A DNA stretch of 64,000 nucleotides from an uncultured Gammaproteobacteria bacterium (GCA_964583105.1 CAZOUV010000003.1:14946-78945), one strand, 5' to 3'; positions 1 to 9,620 are shown, numbered from the stretch's first letter. Made by a program: numbers and translations. The notes: generated by a model from the letters alone, not told the origin.

Positions 1-89
1 CAAAATGTCACCTTTCGTAACATCAAAGATTCTTGTAAGCATGGGGATATGGGTTCCCGGCCTTACTTTTTTATTAACCTTATCAATAT

Positions 90-641
90 TCATTGTTTTA
101 CCCACCAATATGTTGGCGGCTCAAACATACCCCGGTCCCTAATGCCGTATGGTCTTGGATCAATAATATTGGGAGTAATTTTATGGGCTTTGGTATAAGC
201 ATCCACCGCATCGGGGACTTGAACTCTGAAAGTTGAATAGTAATCATCTCCGGAGACAATTCCCCCAGTTTTTACTTTTTTGCTCCAGATAATGAGGTCC
301 TGGATAACATAATCAAACGAATGGTTCGCGTCGATGAATACAAAATCCAGGCTGTTATCGGGAATATCGTTGGCCGCATCCAAACTCATTTTATTTATAA
401 TAACAGCGTTATATTTGGAGAGTTTCTGAGAGGCAATAGCTTTAAAATTTTTATTCCTTTCCCAACTCCCCGAAAGACGGTTCCCGTGGTAGGGTCTCCA
501 GATGTCAATGCAGTAAAGTTTAAGGTTAGGAATTGCCTTAAACATACTTTCGGAAAACTCTCCCTGGGCAACGCCGATTTCTGCCCCAATGGTAAATTTA
601 AGTTCGGCAAAATATTCTAAAAGTTCATATTTAGATTTCAT
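90..641 (-). CDS. class I SAM-dependent methyltransferase
   Basis: 183-aa ORF with 'GAEIGVAQGEFS' (motif I-like), 'LDFVFIDANHSF' and 'GGIVSGDDY', typical of Methyltransf_24-like enzymes. It overlaps the next gene by 4 nt. Confidence 0.7.
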   Translation of the reverse strand: MKSKYELLEYFAELKFTIGAEIGVAQGEFSESMFKAIPNLKLYCIDIWRPYHGNRLSGSWERNKNFKAIASQKLSKYNAVIINKMSLDAANDIPDNSLDFVFIDANHSFDYVIQDLIIWSKKVKTGGIVSGDDYYSTFRVQVPDAVDAYTKAHKITPNIIDPRPYGIRDRGMFEPPTYWWVKQ

Positions 642-1366
642 TTTGGTTTAAAGTATAATTTTAAAATATCTTCGGCACGGCCCCAATATGGAATCTCATA
701 GGCGCGGATGTCGCCAAGCCTTTTTCTTTCTCCCCGGCTTAAATAGCCAAACGCTTCCGGATGACTAAAAACAATATTTGTTCCGACGGTATAAAATTCT
801 TCCGACGGCCGAACTGTTACCCCCAATTTTTCTTCATAGCGGCCGGGGTCTCCCCAATAATGAAGCGGAACTTTTTCATCGGGAACCCCCTTAAATTTAT
901 TAAAACGTTCTTCAAGGGCTTCCACGAGCATATTGCGCGGCGCAATCAAACTATTTACGACTTTTCTTTTATTTCTGAATGAAAAAATAGGAGGATCGCT
1001 CCAGGTAAAAAGTGACCACTTGGCCATGTTAAACGAAAAAATATCGGATTGGGGGAGGTGATAATGAAAATGCTCATACGAATATAGAATGTCATCTTCA
1101 GCCATAGCTACATATTTTGTTTTGGCTTCTTTGCATCCAATTAAAATTTGCCGATAAAGATTTAAATGAGATCGGCCGATTTCGCCTACGCAAATATTTT
1201 TACCAAAAACAATCGGTTTTTGGGAAACCGAAATTAAGGGAAGATCTCCAATCGCCTTAAGAAGTTGTTTTTTGGTATTTTCCAAGAAGTAAGGATTATG
1301 AGCATCAAGCCAATTACTAGTATAATAAACAACTGTCAAGTCGTCTTTTGTTACTTTCACTCCCAT
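638..1366 (-). CDS. putative glycosyltransferase-like protein (GT-A-like, weak)
   Basis: 242-aa ORF with acidic 'AMAEDDILY' (DxD-like). It sits between a methyltransferase and GT2 genes. No firm family recognised. Confidence 0.4.
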   Translation of the reverse strand: MGVKVTKDDLTVVYYTSNWLDAHNPYFLENTKKQLLKAIGDLPLISVSQKPIVFGKNICVGEIGRSHLNLYRQILIGCKEAKTKYVAMAEDDILYSYEHFHYHLPQSDIFSFNMAKWSLFTWSDPPIFSFRNKRKVVNSLIAPRNMLVEALEERFNKFKGVPDEKVPLHYWGDPGRYEEKLGVTVRPSEEFYTVGTNIVFSHPEAFGYLSRGERKRLGDIRAYEIPYWGRAEDILKLYFKPK

Positions 1367-1435
1367 ATTACGCCGCCCTTTTTTTAATTCGAATATACAT
1401 CACACTGTGCCAGTAGTCTTGTTGAGCGAAGTTGT

Positions 1436-2152
1436 TCACAACAGTTTAATAAAACCGCCCTTTTTGATCGTTAAGACCCCGTATTCGTAACGGTCCAAGG
1501 CAATCCTTAAGTTTTTGATTAACATGGGATCATGGCCCTGGGGCGGATGATAAAGCAGTCGTTTTAGGTTTGATTCGAGGGAAAGATAGCGATAATTAAG
1601 AAGAAGTATTTTAGCCCTGACCCACCCTACGCCTTTAGGTAAGAAGGTTTCGTAGCGGCCGCGTCCAAATTTGATGTTGATGGTCGGATTAAAAACAATG
1701 GTTTTGTCAAAAAGACGGGTTCTGGCTCCAAATTTACATTCATCATAAATTTGACCTTTAGTGGTCGGAAATTTTTCCGAGTACATGGTGTAGCCGCAGG
1801 TTTTAATTGCTTTCGTACCACGTTTTTTTTGTTCATGTAAAACTTTTATGAGATACCGATTATAAATAAATTCGTCTGCATCGACGCACATCACCCAGTC
1901 AGCTTCCCTGCGGCTGTATTTTTTATAGAGTTTTTCGAAACAGGCATTGTATTCCGCTTCAACCGGCCAACCGGGGGAAAATTTGTAATTTAATAATCGG
2001 ACTTTTCTATTAGCTTTGGCAATTTTGACGGTGTTGTCGGTGCTTCCGTTATCAATGATGAAGATTTTATCGGCGAAAGTGGAATAGTGTTTTAAAAAAT
2101 AAGGCAGTAGATCTTCTTCGTTCCTCATGATGCTGTAAATATGAGTTTTCAT
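1436..2152 (-). CDS. glycosyltransferase family 2-like (Glyco_tranf_2_4 type)
   Basis: 238 aa with 'IFIIDNGSTDNT' and 'VMCVDADEFIY' (DxD). Confidence 0.65.
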   Translation of the reverse strand: MKTHIYSIMRNEEDLLPYFLKHYSTFADKIFIIDNGSTDNTVKIAKANRKVRLLNYKFSPGWPVEAEYNACFEKLYKKYSRREADWVMCVDADEFIYNRYLIKVLHEQKKRGTKAIKTCGYTMYSEKFPTTKGQIYDECKFGARTRLFDKTIVFNPTINIKFGRGRYETFLPKGVGWVRAKILLLNYRYLSLESNLKRLLYHPPQGHDPMLIKNLRIALDRYEYGVLTIKKGGFIKLL

Positions 2153-2195
2153 TTCGTCTAAATATTATCACATTTTTTCCAAAGTAGAATCTTCT

Positions 2196-2361
2196 TTATG
2201 GCTGACATACTACCACAACCAGGCCTTTTCTGCCAGTTGAAGGGGAATGTTCGATGGTTTCGAAAGAAACAATAATGTCTATCGGTTCTAGGGTGGGGGG
2301 GGAGATTGCCGGCATCGGAAAAAGTCACTGTTTGACCGTTACCATGGACTTTGCACAGGGG
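2196..2361 (-). pseudogene. C-terminal relic of a SAM-dependent methyltransferase, frame broken at a C8 tract
   Basis: On the minus strand, frame A reads '..TVTFSDAGNLPP' and frame A+1 reads 'PTLEPIDIIVSFETIEHSP..' (the MTase 'DxxxSxxxxEH' block). The two frames join if the C8 run (2295-2302) were C7. The N-terminal motif I part is absent. Confidence 0.4.
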
Positions 2362-2389
2362 TCAAGACGATATCTGTTGAGAATAAAAT

Positions 2390-3244
2390 TTAGGGTGTCC
2401 ATTTGTTTCTGTCCTCCGGCCAGCCCGGAACCGGCCAAAATCTTTCTATGAGCCAAGTAAAAGGAAGAGTTTGTTTATGCCAGGCGGTATTTGTCAGCCA
2501 CCTATTGGTATAATTTGCTCCTTTTTCAGATTCTCCTTTCTCCAAGGAATAGCCTCTTCCTTGGGTCTTGTGAAGATGGGCGTACCAGGTCTTTTTGTTG
2601 GTGACCACTCTTCCTCCCGATAGCCAGCATTTTAAACCAATTTCCTGAAATTCATTACTGAATGTCCCGTAATTTTCTTCGTCTTCAAGTTCAAGTTCGT
2701 AAAAATAATCTTTATTCATAAACCAACAAGATCCTTGAGCAGACATATTGTCATCAATCATTATTTTAGCTCTTTTTTTAGCTCTTTCCTCCCATATTCT
2801 TCCGTGCAGGCCATCTTGCCAATTACCACTTGCATTTGGATATGTTAGATATTCGTAATCAACATCCGGCTTTCCTACGTCCAGAATTTTCCATTTTTCC
2901 GCATCAAGTCTTTTTCTGCGGGGAATAACAACCCAATTGTCATTACAGTAGGACATGAGTTCTTTATCAAATCCCTCGGCAAACATGCAGTGGGCATCAC
3001 ATTTTAAGATATATTTACCCTTTGCTATGGCAACTGCGGAATTAATTGCTGCTCTCATTCCCTGAGGCTTTCCTCTATGAATAGTTACAATTCTATCATT
3101 CTTATCAAGTGGGGGATTGGGCCAGTATCCGTCAAGAACTACAACCACCTCTATTTCATCTTTCGCTTTTGACAAAATATCATTAACGGTTTTTCCTAAA
3201 TACTGCTCGTTTCTTGAAGGAATGATTATTGATAATTTCGGCAT
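2390..3244 (-). CDS. glycosyltransferase family 2
   Basis: 284 aa with 'LSIIIPSRNE', 'VVVLDG' and 'KCDAHCMF'. Confidence 0.8.
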   Translation of the reverse strand: MPKLSIIIPSRNEQYLGKTVNDILSKAKDEIEVVVVLDGYWPNPPLDKNDRIVTIHRGKPQGMRAAINSAVAIAKGKYILKCDAHCMFAEGFDKELMSYCNDNWVVIPRRKRLDAEKWKILDVGKPDVDYEYLTYPNASGNWQDGLHGRIWEERAKKRAKIMIDDNMSAQGSCWFMNKDYFYELELEDEENYGTFSNEFQEIGLKCWLSGGRVVTNKKTWYAHLHKTQGRGYSLEKGESEKGANYTNRWLTNTAWHKQTLPFTWLIERFWPVPGWPEDRNKWTP

Positions 3245-3322
3245 ATAAATTTGAAAAACAATTACAACTTTCTCTTAGCGGTATTAAACCAGAAATTAAT
3301 GCGGTAATCAATCAACTCTTTA

Positions 3323-3943
3323 TTAATGGAATATGTTATGGAAGTAGTCGTAGGAAAGAGTTTGGCGATTTTTCCAACTAATAGGAAAGTTTGAATCCCC
3401 TTTGGTGTAACGGAAAGAACCCGACATAGTATCTTCTTTCATTATGTACCAACCCCCGTATTTATCTACAAATCCGTAAAAAGAAACCTCTCCATAATTA
3501 TCAATTTCGCTTATTTTATAACTGTCAGTTGGTTTTAGCGATGAATTTTGGTTTGATGGTCCACTATCAAGTAGCGTTGCACCTTGATTAACAGATCTTC
3601 CTAGGAGCAAACTTTCAACCTTTTTGGTAAACAAGGAAAAAAGGAAAAAAGAAAATCCGGCCGCTCCGACAAGTTTCAGAAATGCTCTTTTGTCTATATC
3701 CACAATATCAACAGCTTTTCTCTCTGCACCATTATCCTGTTCAACGGCAACGACAAATTTCTCGGGGTTTGGGTTTTCACTTTTACGCCCGATGAATTTA
3801 AAAGCAAAATAAATAAGTGGGGGATAAAGCAAACTTGCAATTGCAAGTTGTGTGTAGTTTGATGCTGTTATAAAGGATATAACAATCATGGTTGCAACTA
3901 AAGCTACACAGATATAGGAGATAATTTTATTTGTTATTGTCAT
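3323..3943 (-). CDS. hypothetical membrane protein
   Basis: 206 aa with two or three hydrophobic segments. Its start overlaps the stop of the upstream gene (ATGA). Confidence 0.5.
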   Translation of the reverse strand: MTITNKIISYICVALVATMIVISFITASNYTQLAIASLLYPPLIYFAFKFIGRKSENPNPEKFVVAVEQDNGAERKAVDIVDIDKRAFLKLVGAAGFSFFLFSLFTKKVESLLLGRSVNQGATLLDSGPSNQNSSLKPTDSYKISEIDNYGEVSFYGFVDKYGGWYIMKEDTMSGSFRYTKGDSNFPISWKNRQTLSYDYFHNIFH

Positions 3944-5172
3944 ATGTTTTCGTTTTCTACAACTTCCACCAGATCTGAAAAAATATACCCTAGACCATCC
4001 TCAAGTTTTATTTGATACCAGCTGTTGGTAAGAGAAACATATTCAAATATCTCTCCGTCTTTGGCACTAGCAACTATTTTGGAGTCGAAAGAGGGGTTCT
4101 CACGAACATTAACGGATGAAAGCTCTTTATCATTAATTTTGACCGTTACTAATTTTGTATCTTTTTCTGTTTCAGTTCTTATCCCCGCAACAGATTCTTT
4201 AGGTATTGCTAGAGAAGTGTCTATATTTTGAGTTTCGATTTCGGGTGTTACCGGGGTTTGTCTATTTTTAAATGCAGTTTGAGCTATTCTTAGATACTTT
4301 GATACTATATCTGTATTGTTTGATCCTACAGTACTGCGTACATTGTTAAAACCGAACGAAAAAAGCAAAATATAGATAGATGTAGCCAGAGAAAACTTAA
4401 AAAAAGAATATCCAAACGACCCGTTTGACTTATTTTTTCTGTTTGAATAAGGATTATCCTTTTTATTTGGAGGCTGTCTCCTCACAAGATGAGCGTATTC
4501 TTTATCTAAAAATATACACTCGCAGAGTTTGAGATCTTTTTCATCCAAATCGTAATTTTCAACAAATTTTTGATAATTTTCGATACTTTTTATTTTGGAG
4601 TGTTGACTGTTGTTAAAAATTGTCAAAACCAAATTGCTATTTAGCCACGGAAGCTTGTTTTTTCCTGTATATACATCATAAGAAGAATATTTACTACTTT
4701 CTAAAGCCTCACGGTGTAAATAGTTGCTTAAATAAAGAAGAGAAGATTCATTTTCGATAAGGGCGGACTTATAGGGCCCCGCAAATAGGGGGCCTTGATG
4801 GTTGTATTTTTTATTGTAATACATAGAGTATCTTGTAGAAAGAGATCTCATAAATTTTTCCAAAAAACCACCAGCCAATTGACACAAAACAAGATGAAAA
4901 TGATTGGGGAAAAGTGTATATACTATAAGATCAATTTTATTATGGTAATTCTGGGGTTGATATGATATACCCCGGTATTTTTTACCACGGATCTCAAACT
5001 CTTTTTGAAAGAAATTCGGATCAGTAATGGGACTAAGATATTCCTTTAAAAAACCCAGGAAAATTTCGTAGTCTTGCTTGTCGTTAAAGATATTATTTCC
5101 GGAAATACTCTTGTTTGATATATGAAAGAATCCATTTTCTTTATCAATACGTTTGATATACTTGGCAGGCAT
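3940..5172 (-). CDS. HUH (IS200/RAYT-like Y1 transposase fold) domain fused to a TM segment and a C-terminal SH3b-like domain
   Basis: 410 aa. HUH 'NHFHLVL' and Tyr helix 'YLSNYLHRE' lie in the first ~170 aa. There is a hydrophobic 'FFKFSLATSIYILLFSFGF' segment. The C-terminal 'VNVRENPSFDSKIVASAKDGEIFEYV..WYQIKLEDGLGYIF' is SH3b-like. Confidence 0.6.
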   Translation of the reverse strand: MPAKYIKRIDKENGFFHISNKSISGNNIFNDKQDYEIFLGFLKEYLSPITDPNFFQKEFEIRGKKYRGISYQPQNYHNKIDLIVYTLFPNHFHLVLCQLAGGFLEKFMRSLSTRYSMYYNKKYNHQGPLFAGPYKSALIENESSLLYLSNYLHREALESSKYSSYDVYTGKNKLPWLNSNLVLTIFNNSQHSKIKSIENYQKFVENYDLDEKDLKLCECIFLDKEYAHLVRRQPPNKKDNPYSNRKNKSNGSFGYSFFKFSLATSIYILLFSFGFNNVRSTVGSNNTDIVSKYLRIAQTAFKNRQTPVTPEIETQNIDTSLAIPKESVAGIRTETEKDTKLVTVKINDKELSSVNVRENPSFDSKIVASAKDGEIFEYVSLTNSWYQIKLEDGLGYIFSDLVEVVENENI

Positions 5173-5637
5173 ATTTTCACAATACCTTTAAAGGATATAG
5201 ATTTCAAGTACCTTTTTGTGCCTAAAAAATGTACTTTAAAGCAGATAGCCTGTGTAAAAATTATTATAAGGTGTCTAAATAATAAGTTACCTAAGCGTTT
5301 TCTTGATATTCGATACAGAATTGTGTTCGGTTTCAAATTATTTAAAATTTAGCCTTGAAGTATAAGCTCCTTGGTGTATAAAATATGCAACATCAAAAGT
5401 GTTAAAAGAGTTTTTAATTACATTTGAATTATCTACATTTTTCTTTTAAAAACGGACACTTCCTTACTTATAAAAAATATAAATATACAAAATTTTTGTT
5501 AACCGTTTTTAAATAAACGTAGCGTTTAAATATTAATTTATATATTAAATCTATAGGTCTTTAAACAACCACCTTATGGTGTATTTTCTTAAAAACATGT
5601 TATATTTGTTGTAAGAGTATTTAAGGAGGTGAGTATA

Positions 5638-6147
5638 TTGATAAAAAAGAATTCAAAAATAATACTGATAATCATAGGTGTTATAGTTCTTTCATTGATT
5701 GCGTTTTTCCTACTTAAATCAAAAAACTCGGGCTCAGATAATACATCTCAAGGGACTGTTTTTGGTTCGATCAAGGATGCAATTTCCAAATCATTAAGTA
5801 TTAAATGCGAATATAAAGTAGGGGAGAGCACAACCATTGCCTATGTTAGGGGCAAGGAAATGAGAATTGATGGAAATTGGCAGGGACAAAGTAACTCCTC
5901 CGTAATTATCAAGGAAGACAAAATCTGGTCTTGGGATAATCTAAAGAAAGAGGGGGCCATTATTCCTATTAACAAAGACGAACAGGATCAAACCATATCG
6001 GAAGATTTCATAGATAGTCTTGAAGAACAGAGAGATTTCTGTAAAGTTTCCGTTTATTCCGATTCCGTATTCACACCCCCGGAAGACGTTAGCTTTCAGG
6101 ATTTGGGAGACTTAAATAATCTCATGGTTCCAGGGATTTCCGAATAA
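5638..6147 (+). CDS. hypothetical membrane-anchored/secreted protein
   Basis: The track ORF begins at GTG 5629, which abuts the AAGGAGG at 5623-5629. TTG 5638 has 8-nt spacing from that SD, so I prefer it as the start. There is an N-terminal signal-anchor 'IILIIIGVIVLSLIAFFLL'. Confidence 0.55.
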   Translation: MIKKNSKIILIIIGVIVLSLIAFFLLKSKNSGSDNTSQGTVFGSIKDAISKSLSIKCEYKVGESTTIAYVRGKEMRIDGNWQGQSNSSVIIKEDKIWSWDNLKKEGAIIPINKDEQDQTISEDFIDSLEEQRDFCKVSVYSDSVFTPPEDVSFQDLGDLNNLMVPGISE

Positions 6148-6169
6148 TTGGTTGTGATACTATAAAATA

Positions 6170-7630
6170 ATGTTGGTTTTAGTAGCGGTTTTTCCGCTTT
6201 TGCTGTTTGTAGTTCTTCTTTTGCTGGGGAAGCTTAAGGTTCTTTGGGCTTCAGTAATTTCTTTATTGGCCACGTCTGTCCTTACGTTTTATGTCTGGAA
6301 AATAGATTTAAAACTGTTTTTATCCAGTATATTAAAAGGTGGTTTTATATCTTTTGATATACTTTTAATCGTTTTCGGAGCGATCCTTTTTATAGGACTT
6401 CTAAAAAAGATAAATATTATAGAAAATCTTTGCTACTATCTCGGTACTTTTTCCCAGGATTTAAGAATTCAGGTAATACTTCTTGCATGGTTTTTGGAAA
6501 ATTTTCTGGAAGGAACGGCAGGGTTTGGAACTCCTTCTGCGGTTGTTGCCCCTATCCTTATAGGACTTGGAATAACTCCGATTTGGGCAGTTGCCATAGC
6601 GATGTTGGGGAACAGTGCAAGTGTTGTCTTTGGCGCGGCAGGAACTCCCATAAGGGTGGGATTTTCAGGACTTGATATTTCCCGGGTTCCATATTATTCG
6701 GGACTTTTTAATTTAGTCGGAATTTTAGTTCCCGTCTTTATGCTTTTTGCGGTGACTTATAAAAAGGAAAACTGGAAAAAGTATTTTTGGGAAGGACTTC
6801 CTTTTTCTGTTTTTTCGGGAGTTGCCTACAGTATTCCCGCTTTTTTGATAACTTATTTGGGACAGGAATTTCCCGCTATTTTAGGGTCTATAGTAGGAAT
6901 ATTATTTGTCATTCTTGCCATTAAATTTAAGTTTCTTCTTCCAAAAAATATAATGAAATCTAATAAACAAGAATTTACGGGTGAAAAAATTCCCTTGAAA
7001 AAAGTTATCTTTCCATATCTTCTTCTGGTTTCACTTTTGATTTTAGGAAAATTCCTTTTGGAAAAAGTAGGCTACAGTTTCTATTTCGGCCTTAACCATA
7101 GATTTAGTCTTTTTAATCCGGGAATTATATTTTTACTTACTTCTTTTATAGTTTTTCTTATTTGGAGGAAACACCTAAATGCCACAAAAATATTGATAAC
7201 AAATTCCATCAAAAAATCCATAGAACCCTTTTTGGTTGTTTTTTCCATGTCTGCCCTTGCCCAAATAATGATTAACTCTGGACAAACCGAGGTCATTGCT
7301 CAAAACCTGAAGACAAACCTGCTTCCTGTTATCTCTCCCTTTCTTGGAGCATTTGGTAGCTTCATGACAGGTTCCGCAACGGTATCTAACATAATGTTTG
7401 GTGGACTTCTTGCTAAAGCAGCAGTTGATCTGGGAATGATTCCTTCAATTATTCTTTCTTTGGGGGTTGTGGGTGCCGCCGCGGGAAATATGATTGCCCT
7501 AGCCGATATAATGCCGGCTCTGGCAGTTGTAAACTTAAAAGGCAAGGAAAGGAGTATTTTAAAAAGGGTGTTCGTTCCCTGTCTTATATATATTGCCTTG
7601 GTAGGTATTATTGGCCTTGCAGTAGTATAA
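6170..7630 (+). CDS. L-lactate permease (LctP family)
   Basis: 486-aa polytopic protein. 'LEGTAGFGTPSAVVAPILIGLGITP' and 'GSFMTGSATVSN' are LctP hallmarks. Confidence 0.75.
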   Translation: MLVLVAVFPLLLFVVLLLLGKLKVLWASVISLLATSVLTFYVWKIDLKLFLSSILKGGFISFDILLIVFGAILFIGLLKKINIIENLCYYLGTFSQDLRIQVILLAWFLENFLEGTAGFGTPSAVVAPILIGLGITPIWAVAIAMLGNSASVVFGAAGTPIRVGFSGLDISRVPYYSGLFNLVGILVPVFMLFAVTYKKENWKKYFWEGLPFSVFSGVAYSIPAFLITYLGQEFPAILGSIVGILFVILAIKFKFLLPKNIMKSNKQEFTGEKIPLKKVIFPYLLLVSLLILGKFLLEKVGYSFYFGLNHRFSLFNPGIIFLLTSFIVFLIWRKHLNATKILITNSIKKSIEPFLVVFSMSALAQIMINSGQTEVIAQNLKTNLLPVISPFLGAFGSFMTGSATVSNIMFGGLLAKAAVDLGMIPSIILSLGVVGAAAGNMIALADIMPALAVVNLKGKERSILKRVFVPCLIYIALVGIIGLAVV

Positions 7631-7641
7631 TTCCCCAAAGA

Positions 7642-8604
7642 ATGAAAACCTGGCAAAAGATAAAAAGAAATCCTGAATTAATATCCAAATATTTAATCAG
7701 GGAAGAAGTAATTGATAAAATTCGAAGTTTTTTTAAAGCCCACGGTTTTCGTGAGGTTTTTACTCCGATTTTAGTACCAGTTCCCTCAATAGAGCCAAAT
7801 TTGGAAGTTTTTGAAACGCAGTTAAAAACTTTAAGAGGATTAAAAAGAAAAGGATTTTTAATTATGAGTCCTGAGTATTCTATAAAGAAACTTTTAGCTG
7901 CAGGGATAGGGAACTGTTTTGAAATAACCAAATGTTTCAGAAATGAAGAAGAAATTTCCCCACTTCATAATCCGGAATTTACAATGCTTGAGTGGTACAG
8001 AGTAGGGGTGGACTACAAAAAAATAATGCAGGATTTTGAAAATTTGTTTTTACAAATAATCGGCAAAGACAAACTTACATATCAGGATGTAACTTATGAC
8101 TTGAGTTTGCCTTGGCCAAGAATAAGTTTTAAGGAAGCTTTCAAAAAATATGCAAATAAAGATATTGAAAAGATAAAAGACGAGGATTTCTATAAAATAT
8201 TTTTTAATGAGGTGGAACCGAATATTAAAAAACTTAAAAAACCTGTAATTTTATACGATTATCCGGTTTCTCAGGCATCTCTTGCAAGAAAATGTAAAGA
8301 GAATCCTAAATTTGCCGAAAGGTTTGAAATATTTTTGGCCGGTATTGAACTCGGAAACTGTTTTTCGGAACTAACGGATTACAAAGAACAAAGAAAAAGG
8401 TTCGAAAAAGATCTTCTGAAAAGAAGAAAAAAGGGAAAAACTAATTACCCAATTGATAATGATTTGATCGAAGCGTTGAGAGAGGGCATACCTGAAGTTT
8501 CCGGTATTGCAGTAGGAGTTGACAGGCTTATCATGCTTGCAACAGATGTACCTAGTATTTCCGAGACATTATTTTTCTCCGACAAGGAGTTGTTTGATTT
8601 GTAG
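7642..8604 (+). CDS. epmA: EF-P lysine aminoacylase EpmA (GenX/PoxA, truncated class II LysRS paralogue)
   Basis: 320 aa with 'CFRNEE..HNPEFTMLEWY', 'AERFEIFLAGIELGNCFSEL' and 'SGIAVGVDRLIMLAT'. It lies directly upstream of efp. Confidence 0.85.
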   Translation: MKTWQKIKRNPELISKYLIREEVIDKIRSFFKAHGFREVFTPILVPVPSIEPNLEVFETQLKTLRGLKRKGFLIMSPEYSIKKLLAAGIGNCFEITKCFRNEEEISPLHNPEFTMLEWYRVGVDYKKIMQDFENLFLQIIGKDKLTYQDVTYDLSLPWPRISFKEAFKKYANKDIEKIKDEDFYKIFFNEVEPNIKKLKKPVILYDYPVSQASLARKCKENPKFAERFEIFLAGIELGNCFSELTDYKEQRKRFEKDLLKRRKKGKTNYPIDNDLIEALREGIPEVSGIAVGVDRLIMLATDVPSISETLFFSDKELFDL

Positions 8605-8629
8605 GTCAAAATTAGGGTAAAATACACTA

Positions 8630-8660
8630 ATCGACCTTTTTGCGGGTCGATATATTTTTT
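8630..8660 (+). terminator. hairpin plus T-run between epmA and efp
   Basis: ATCGACC(8630-36)/GGTCGAT(8645-51) form a 7-bp stem followed by 'atatttttt'. The hairpin ends 5 nt before the efp ATG. Confidence 0.4.
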
Positions 8661-8664
8661 AAAT

Positions 8665-9228
8665 ATGGAAACGGTTAATGCGGGCAATATCACCAAAGGA
8701 AGCTATATTATTTTTAAGAGTGCTCCCGTAATGGTTACTAAAGCAGAGTTTATGTCTCCGGGAAAAGGCTCTCCCGTAATGAGAGTTAAATTTAAAAATG
8801 TACAAACAGGTTCTGCGGGGGAATATACCTATAAAACCAGCGAACAGGTTGAAGTTGCTGATATCTCCAAAAAAGAGATGCAGTTTCTTTACAGGGACGG
8901 AGGCGAACTTGTTTTTATGGATCCAAAATCTTACGACCAAGTATCAATCCCGGTTGGGCTTGTTGAAAAAGTCGGATATCTAATACCCAACCTTAAATGC
9001 TGGATTGTTTGGTACAAGGAAAAAGCAATAGGGGTAAATCTTCCTTCCCACGTAACCTTAAAAGTAGTCGAAAGTCCAAATGATGTTGCGGGAAACCGAG
9101 TAAATGCCCCCAAAAAGACGGTAAAATTAGAAACTGGAGTCGAAGCCCAAGTTCCACTTTTTATCAAAGTAGGAGAAAGTATTACACTAGACACTGAGAC
9201 AGATTCCTATCTTTCAAGAATACAGTGA
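8665..9228 (+). CDS. efp: elongation factor P
   Basis: 187 aa with the 'SPGKGSPVMRVKFKN' loop carrying the modifiable Lys, and an OB-domain C-terminus. Confidence 0.95.
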   Translation: METVNAGNITKGSYIIFKSAPVMVTKAEFMSPGKGSPVMRVKFKNVQTGSAGEYTYKTSEQVEVADISKKEMQFLYRDGGELVFMDPKSYDQVSIPVGLVEKVGYLIPNLKCWIVWYKEKAIGVNLPSHVTLKVVESPNDVAGNRVNAPKKTVKLETGVEAQVPLFIKVGESITLDTETDSYLSRIQ

Positions 9229-9232
9229 TTCC

Positions 9233-9616
9233 TTATACGTGATCTTCTTCGTCAGCCATTGCTTCAGCCTTTGTTGCATGAATTTTCCCGTCCGGATGAT
9301 TTGGAGGGGAGTAGATCGTGTAAAGTTTTAACTCCTCGGTTTCGGATGTATTAATCAAATTATGTTCTGTTCCTGCTGGAACAACAATTGAAATCCCATC
9401 TGAAAGAGCATTTTCTTCACCGTTCATAATAATTTTTCCCTGACCTTTCTCAACTCTAAAAAATTGATCGACTGTGTTATGTACTTCAACTCCGATATCT
9501 TCCTTCGGAAGAAGATTCATTACAACCAGCTGACAATATTTTCCTGTAAAAATAACCTGTCTGAAATTTTTGTTAGCTAAAGTAAGTTCTTCGATATTTC
9601 CTACGTATCCCGTCAT
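9233..9616 (-). CDS. cupin domain protein
   Basis: 127 aa with 'GVEVHNTVDQFFRVEKGQG' and 'VVPAGTEHNLIN' (cupin motifs 1 and 2). Confidence 0.7.
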   Translation of the reverse strand: MTGYVGNIEELTLANKNFRQVIFTGKYCQLVVMNLLPKEDIGVEVHNTVDQFFRVEKGQGKIIMNGEENALSDGISIVVPAGTEHNLINTSETEELKLYTIYSPPNHPDGKIHATKAEAMADEEDHV

Positions 9617-9620
9617 ATAA

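Noticed and set aside
2254-2451. Track ORF on the plus strand in the GT2 intergenic gap.
   Set aside because: It is antisense to the methyltransferase relic and runs into the 3' end of the GT2 gene. Its low-complexity sequence suggests it is spurious.
3940-5172. HUH-domain gene as an active IS200/IS605 element.
   Set aside because: There is no tnpB, no flanking subterminal hairpins or repeats, and the domain is fused to TM plus SH3b. It is reported as an unusual fusion rather than a mobile element.
5046-5352. Track ORFs 5046..5336 (-) and 5122..5352 (+) in the 460-bp AT-rich divergent region.
   Set aside because: They are mutually antisense and low-complexity (Ile/Lys/Phe-rich, as expected from AT-rich DNA). 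The region is better explained as divergent promoter space. An AAAACGG..CCGTTTT inverted repeat was noted but is not interpretable.
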